A model generated the notes under the pieces. It was given only the letters and a program-made list of their open reading frames with translations. It did not search any database and was not told the DNA's origin. A stretch of DNA of 64,000 bases, taken from assembly GCA_963693365.1 (NCBI GenBank), contig CAVNZM010000001.1:7022907-7086906 (forward strand), given 5' to 3'. Below are positions 60,003-64,000 of this stretch, piece after piece; the first letter of the stretch is position 1; every line of letters starts with the position of its first letter. The translations under genes were made by a program, and so were the position numbers. Source of the DNA: Amoebidium appalachense (lineage: Eukaryota; Protista; Ichthyosporea).

Positions 60003-60949
60003 GGGGGGGAGTAGGGATACAGGGTCCACACTGCCTGACCTTTTTTTTTTTTTTTTTTTTTCCCTCTTTTCCCCCTCTTCTTTTTGTATTGGTTTGTATG
60101 TGCAGATGTTTATGCACTTGGAGTGCTGCTTCTGTTCATGGTGTCGGGTGAGCTGCCGTTTGACGACCGAAATCCATCGGAGACAGTGGTGCAGATAATG
60201 GAGGGAAGGTGGGTTGTTCTTCTGTCTTCTTTCTGTTATTTCTTTTTCTAGTTACGCTTTTTCTCTCTGGTGCTTTGGCTAAGTTAATTCTTATCTTCCC
60301 CTCTCCCCCTGATTGGGCGTACGCGCCTGGTGGCATGCTGGAGTACAAGTGCACTACCAATAGGCAGCAAAAACGAATGCATAAAAAAGGGTCTGTGAAC
60401 ACACAGCAAGTGTAAATATGTTGTGCATTACTAGTGAGACGATGTTGAATGTTCAATGTTATGTTTAACCTGTTGATATCGGCAAATATCCCTAGATAGT
60501 CGTTTAAGAAACACGGAAACAGATACAAAAGCACACGAAATAATGATTTTTTTTCCCCAAACCAACTTAGTAACGTATGTAGGTAAGACATGTACGTGTC
60601 GATTTTAAAATTTATGTGAGCTTTTTCTATCGATTTTGAGCCGCAATGGAGTTGTTTAGAGCTCTTTGAGCTGGCCGGCTGCCGGCCCAATCAATTAGCG
60701 CCGGCCCGAAAGGTTTAAGGAAACCGTGGTGTAGCATAACAGGTCGGGGCTGCGTATGAGACACTTGCAACGATGGTGGTGTTCTGTTGGTTGTGATGTG
60801 TGATCCCGTCTGATCAACTACATACCGTGGTTTATTACCCCCCCCTCCCCGTCCCCCACCCGCTATCCCCCCTCACCCCCCTCACCCACTCCCCCTTTCC
60901 CTCCCTCTGTGGATGCCACCCTTCAAATTGGCTACAATGCATACATCAG

Positions 60950-61010
<61 letters not shown>

Positions 61011-62540
61011 ACTTCTCCTGGCCACCCGTCCATTTCGCCCACCGTTTTTCACATTTTTTTTTCCTGATTTGTGGTGTGCAGGTTTCGTATGGGTGTGGAC
61101 CTATCTGATGATCTGCAGCAGCTAGTGCGGTGCATGCTGTCCACAGACCCAAAGAAGCGCATTACAATAGACCAGATACGCCAGTCAAAATGGTAACACC
61201 CTCCCCCCCCTCCCCCCCCCTCCTCTTTTGCCGTCTGCTATACCTTTGCCTCCGTCCGTGCCTGAGCTTGGCTTCCTTTTTGTGTGTTTTTACCCAACCT
61301 GGCGGAGGGGGGAACTGGAAAGAGGGGGGGGAATGGGGGGGGGGGGGGGGTAGTGCATGCTCTGCAGTGGTATGTTCGGGGGAGGGGGAGGGGGTTGTTC
61401 CCCTCCCGGGGAAGCGAGGGAGGGAGAGAAGGGAGGAGGGGGGGGGGGGGAGGGGGAGGGGGGGGGGGGAGGTAATATGCATGGATGTGTCGTGGTGGCC
61501 GGGGCAGGGATGTAGGTGGTTGAGGGTTGTGGTTGTGAACGTGTGCAATAGTATGTTTATGCTGAAGCATACACATGTAAGGAGGACAGGGTGTGTGTGG
61601 GAGGGATGGCGGGCAGGCGTCCCGGGGAGGGGGGTTGGGGGGGGGGGGGGGGGGGGGGGGGTACATGTGGCTTCTGCCAACGGCAGCATGTGCTTGCTGA
61701 TGCTAATAATGTGTTTGGCAGGCTGAAAGGTGTCCCTGCACCGAAATCATCTGGCCAGGTGAAGAAACAGAGCCTGGTCTCCAAACAAGACGAGAAGTAG
61801 CCCCTCCCCTTCCCCCTTCTCTCCCCCCTCCACTTTCCTCTCCCTCCCCCCTCCGTCCCTCTCTCTCTCTCCCTCCCCCCTCGCTCAAAAGAAAAATGTG
61901 CAACAACGAAGCACATGTTGTTCGTGTGTGTATGTTTGATTGTCCTAATGAGTTTCGTGCATGAATTTAGCTGCCTGGACCTGGGTACAGCGACAATCTG
62001 ATAGAACCAATAGGTGTTCCTTTTAGATATTTTATGCACTACCCCTTTCAGAACTGTGCTCGAAGAGGGTGTGCGGATGTCTGTGTGGGTGTGGGTGTGG
62101 GCATAAGTGTGGTGAGTGTTGTATGGTTGGTTTGCGGTGTGTGGGTGTATGTGTGCGTGTGCGTGTGCGTGGGTGTGCGTGTGGGTGTGGGGCTGGGTGT
62201 CGGTGTGCAAGGGCTATATTTGAGAATAATGTGTGGTCAGAACAACAAAAATTCTCGTGCTGACAGTGGTGGTTGTGTAGGGACATACTTCGAAGGATGT
62301 CTGAGATGGGGTTGGACATTGAGCAGTTTCGAAGGGACCTTGGCGGCAACATACACAGGTGGGTGTGTGTGGGGGGGGGGTGTGGGGGGGTGGGCCGTGC
62401 CGCTATCTGTGTGTGTGTATCTGTTTGTACTTGCGCGTGTGCGTGTGAATGTGTGTGTGTAGCACAGGGCAAGGCCGGCAAGCACACACACACACACACA
62501 CACACGCGCGCGCAAAATCCTTTTGCCTCCTTCCCTCCTC

Positions 62541-62575
<35 letters not shown>

Positions 62576-63464
62576 TCCCCTCTCTTACTCTCTCTCTCTC
62601 TCTTCCTCACTCTCGCTTCTCTCTTTCTCTCTCTCTCTCTAATATATATATATATATATCCTCCTCCCCCCCCCCTCCCCCCTCCCCCCTCCCCCCCCCC
62701 TTCCTCCCCCCCCCCTCCCCCCCCTCGCTCTTCTCCCTCTCCTTGCCCATGCTTGCTTTGATTGTGTTTGTGGGTATGTTTGAGTGTGCGTGTATGTATG
62801 TCGGCCCAAGCACCCTTACGTGCCCACTTGTGTGTTTAAGGGGATGAGGCCAGCGTGGAGAGAGTGAGACAAGAAGCAAAGGGTAGGACTGAGCGATACA
62901 GGAAAGTCATGGTAAATGCACGGAGAAAGGGAGAGCTGAGACAGAAGTTGCACGGATAAGGTGTTTATGAAATGTGTTGTGTCTGCATGAGGAAAGGAGT
63001 CGTGGGTGTGGCAGCGGAAGTGGGGAAATGTGGGCTGTCAATGTTCGTTTTCAAGTTTTTTTTGGATCCATCCAGCAGCAGCCAAAAGCAGGGAGAATTG
63101 GGATGTCTACCTTTCCTTCTTTCTTTTTTCTTTCTTTGGTTCTTCTTTTTGTGTGTGTGTGTGTGTGTGTGTGCATATGTGTGAGTCGGGTGGGCGGGGG
63201 AGGGGGGGGGGGGGGGGTAGAGTAGAGGGGAGGGGGGGGGGGGGGCTATATAGACAAGTCCTGGGATATTATACCATGTTCCTGCCGCCAACAATAACCG
63301 TTCACGGGCCATTCATTTATGCCACATCATAGAACGCTGTGTTCTTCTCTAACTGCCTGTGTGATTACAGTCATGCGGTGGCCACGTACCATCTCCTCCG
63401 AACGCAGAAAATAAGAAACAGGAGAGGGAGCGCAGGCGATGACGTATCGATGCGCACAACTCAG
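57429..63464 (+). CDS. SNRK: SNF-related (AMPK family) Ser/Thr kinase, SNRK-like, with UBA-like domain; continues beyond the window
   Basis: Exons 57429-57647, 58526-58985, 60106-60208, 61082-61192, 61722-61796, 62281-62358, 63371-63464. Motifs GLYDFKRTLGTGTYG, VAVK, HRDLKPEN, DFG, SNRK-like CGSLVYSAPELLLGEAYEGPAVD, SETVVQIM, and ATYHLL at the UBA end. Confidence 0.9.
59027..59354 (+). repeat. Structured dispersed element, subfamily 2, copy D (SNRK intron 2)
   Basis: Starts ~40 nt after the exon 2 donor; ends GCATTCAAA followed by a C-rich run. Confidence 0.9.
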
Positions 63465-63503
<39 letters not shown>

Positions 63504-64000
63504 GCACAGTCGAAATTCTGTCCTGAAACATCATGACAATAATACGATCTTGGTATGGCAGCTTATCCCTCTTTGAATCCGTGGGCAGCCGCCGTCTTTA
63601 CTAAGTGTCGCCCCTTCCTGCCATATGCACAACACGCACCCAACACACACACCGTACCACAAGCTTCTGTGCTTCTACTGCGTCGCTTCCAAAAACGTTT
63701 CGTAGTCACCACAATGGATAAAGCTAGCAACACGTTCGTGATCGTCTGCAAAAAACACTACGTTAGCAGCATTACAGCCGAACTGCATGCACCTGCCGCA
63801 ACATACACCGTCTGCAACACTGCACCAAAAGACATTGTTGCACAACACCTTGCATTTCTCAAAACACATGACATAAAAGGCACACCAGGACGTCGCACTG
63901 CACGCTTGCCCACATTTCAGGCCATAGTTAAAATGCACAAAACACCACCCACCTTCCGTTTCATTGCCAACTCCTCTGCCACATCACTTGAACCTCTCTC

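Overview
Intron-rich eukaryotic genomic DNA whose introns and intergenic spaces are dominated by long poly-G/poly-C tracts and (CA)n/(GT)n microsatellites, so most ORFs in the supplied track are spurious. The gene set (animal-type KCMF1, Cdc37, SNRK, group III-type PLA2, proteinase-K-like subtilisins) suggests a holozoan, possibly unicellular; this is inference. Spliced genes reconstructed by hand: two tandem S8 subtilisins (+; the second has catalytic Asp->Val and a GC donor), KCMF1 (-), an orphan 7-8TM receptor-like gene (-), a two-exon membrane-tethered PLA2 / betagamma-crystallin / mucin-stalk protein (-), Cdc37 (-) and a divergent SNRK kinase (+, runs off the window). Mobile and non-coding elements: a three-LTR non-autonomous Copia-type TRIM with TSD, half-tRNAiMet PBS and PPT; four copies of an unidentified ~250-330 bp element with compensatory base pairing, all sense to the host or nearest upstream transcript; and a 4.2 kb ORF-free, CCAAT-dense island. 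The most interesting items are the structured element, the PLA2-crystallin fusion, the dimeric TRIM, (CA)n-type 3' splice sites and a splice-dependent FFAT-like motif on Cdc37. All coordinates were read by eye and may be off by a few bases.
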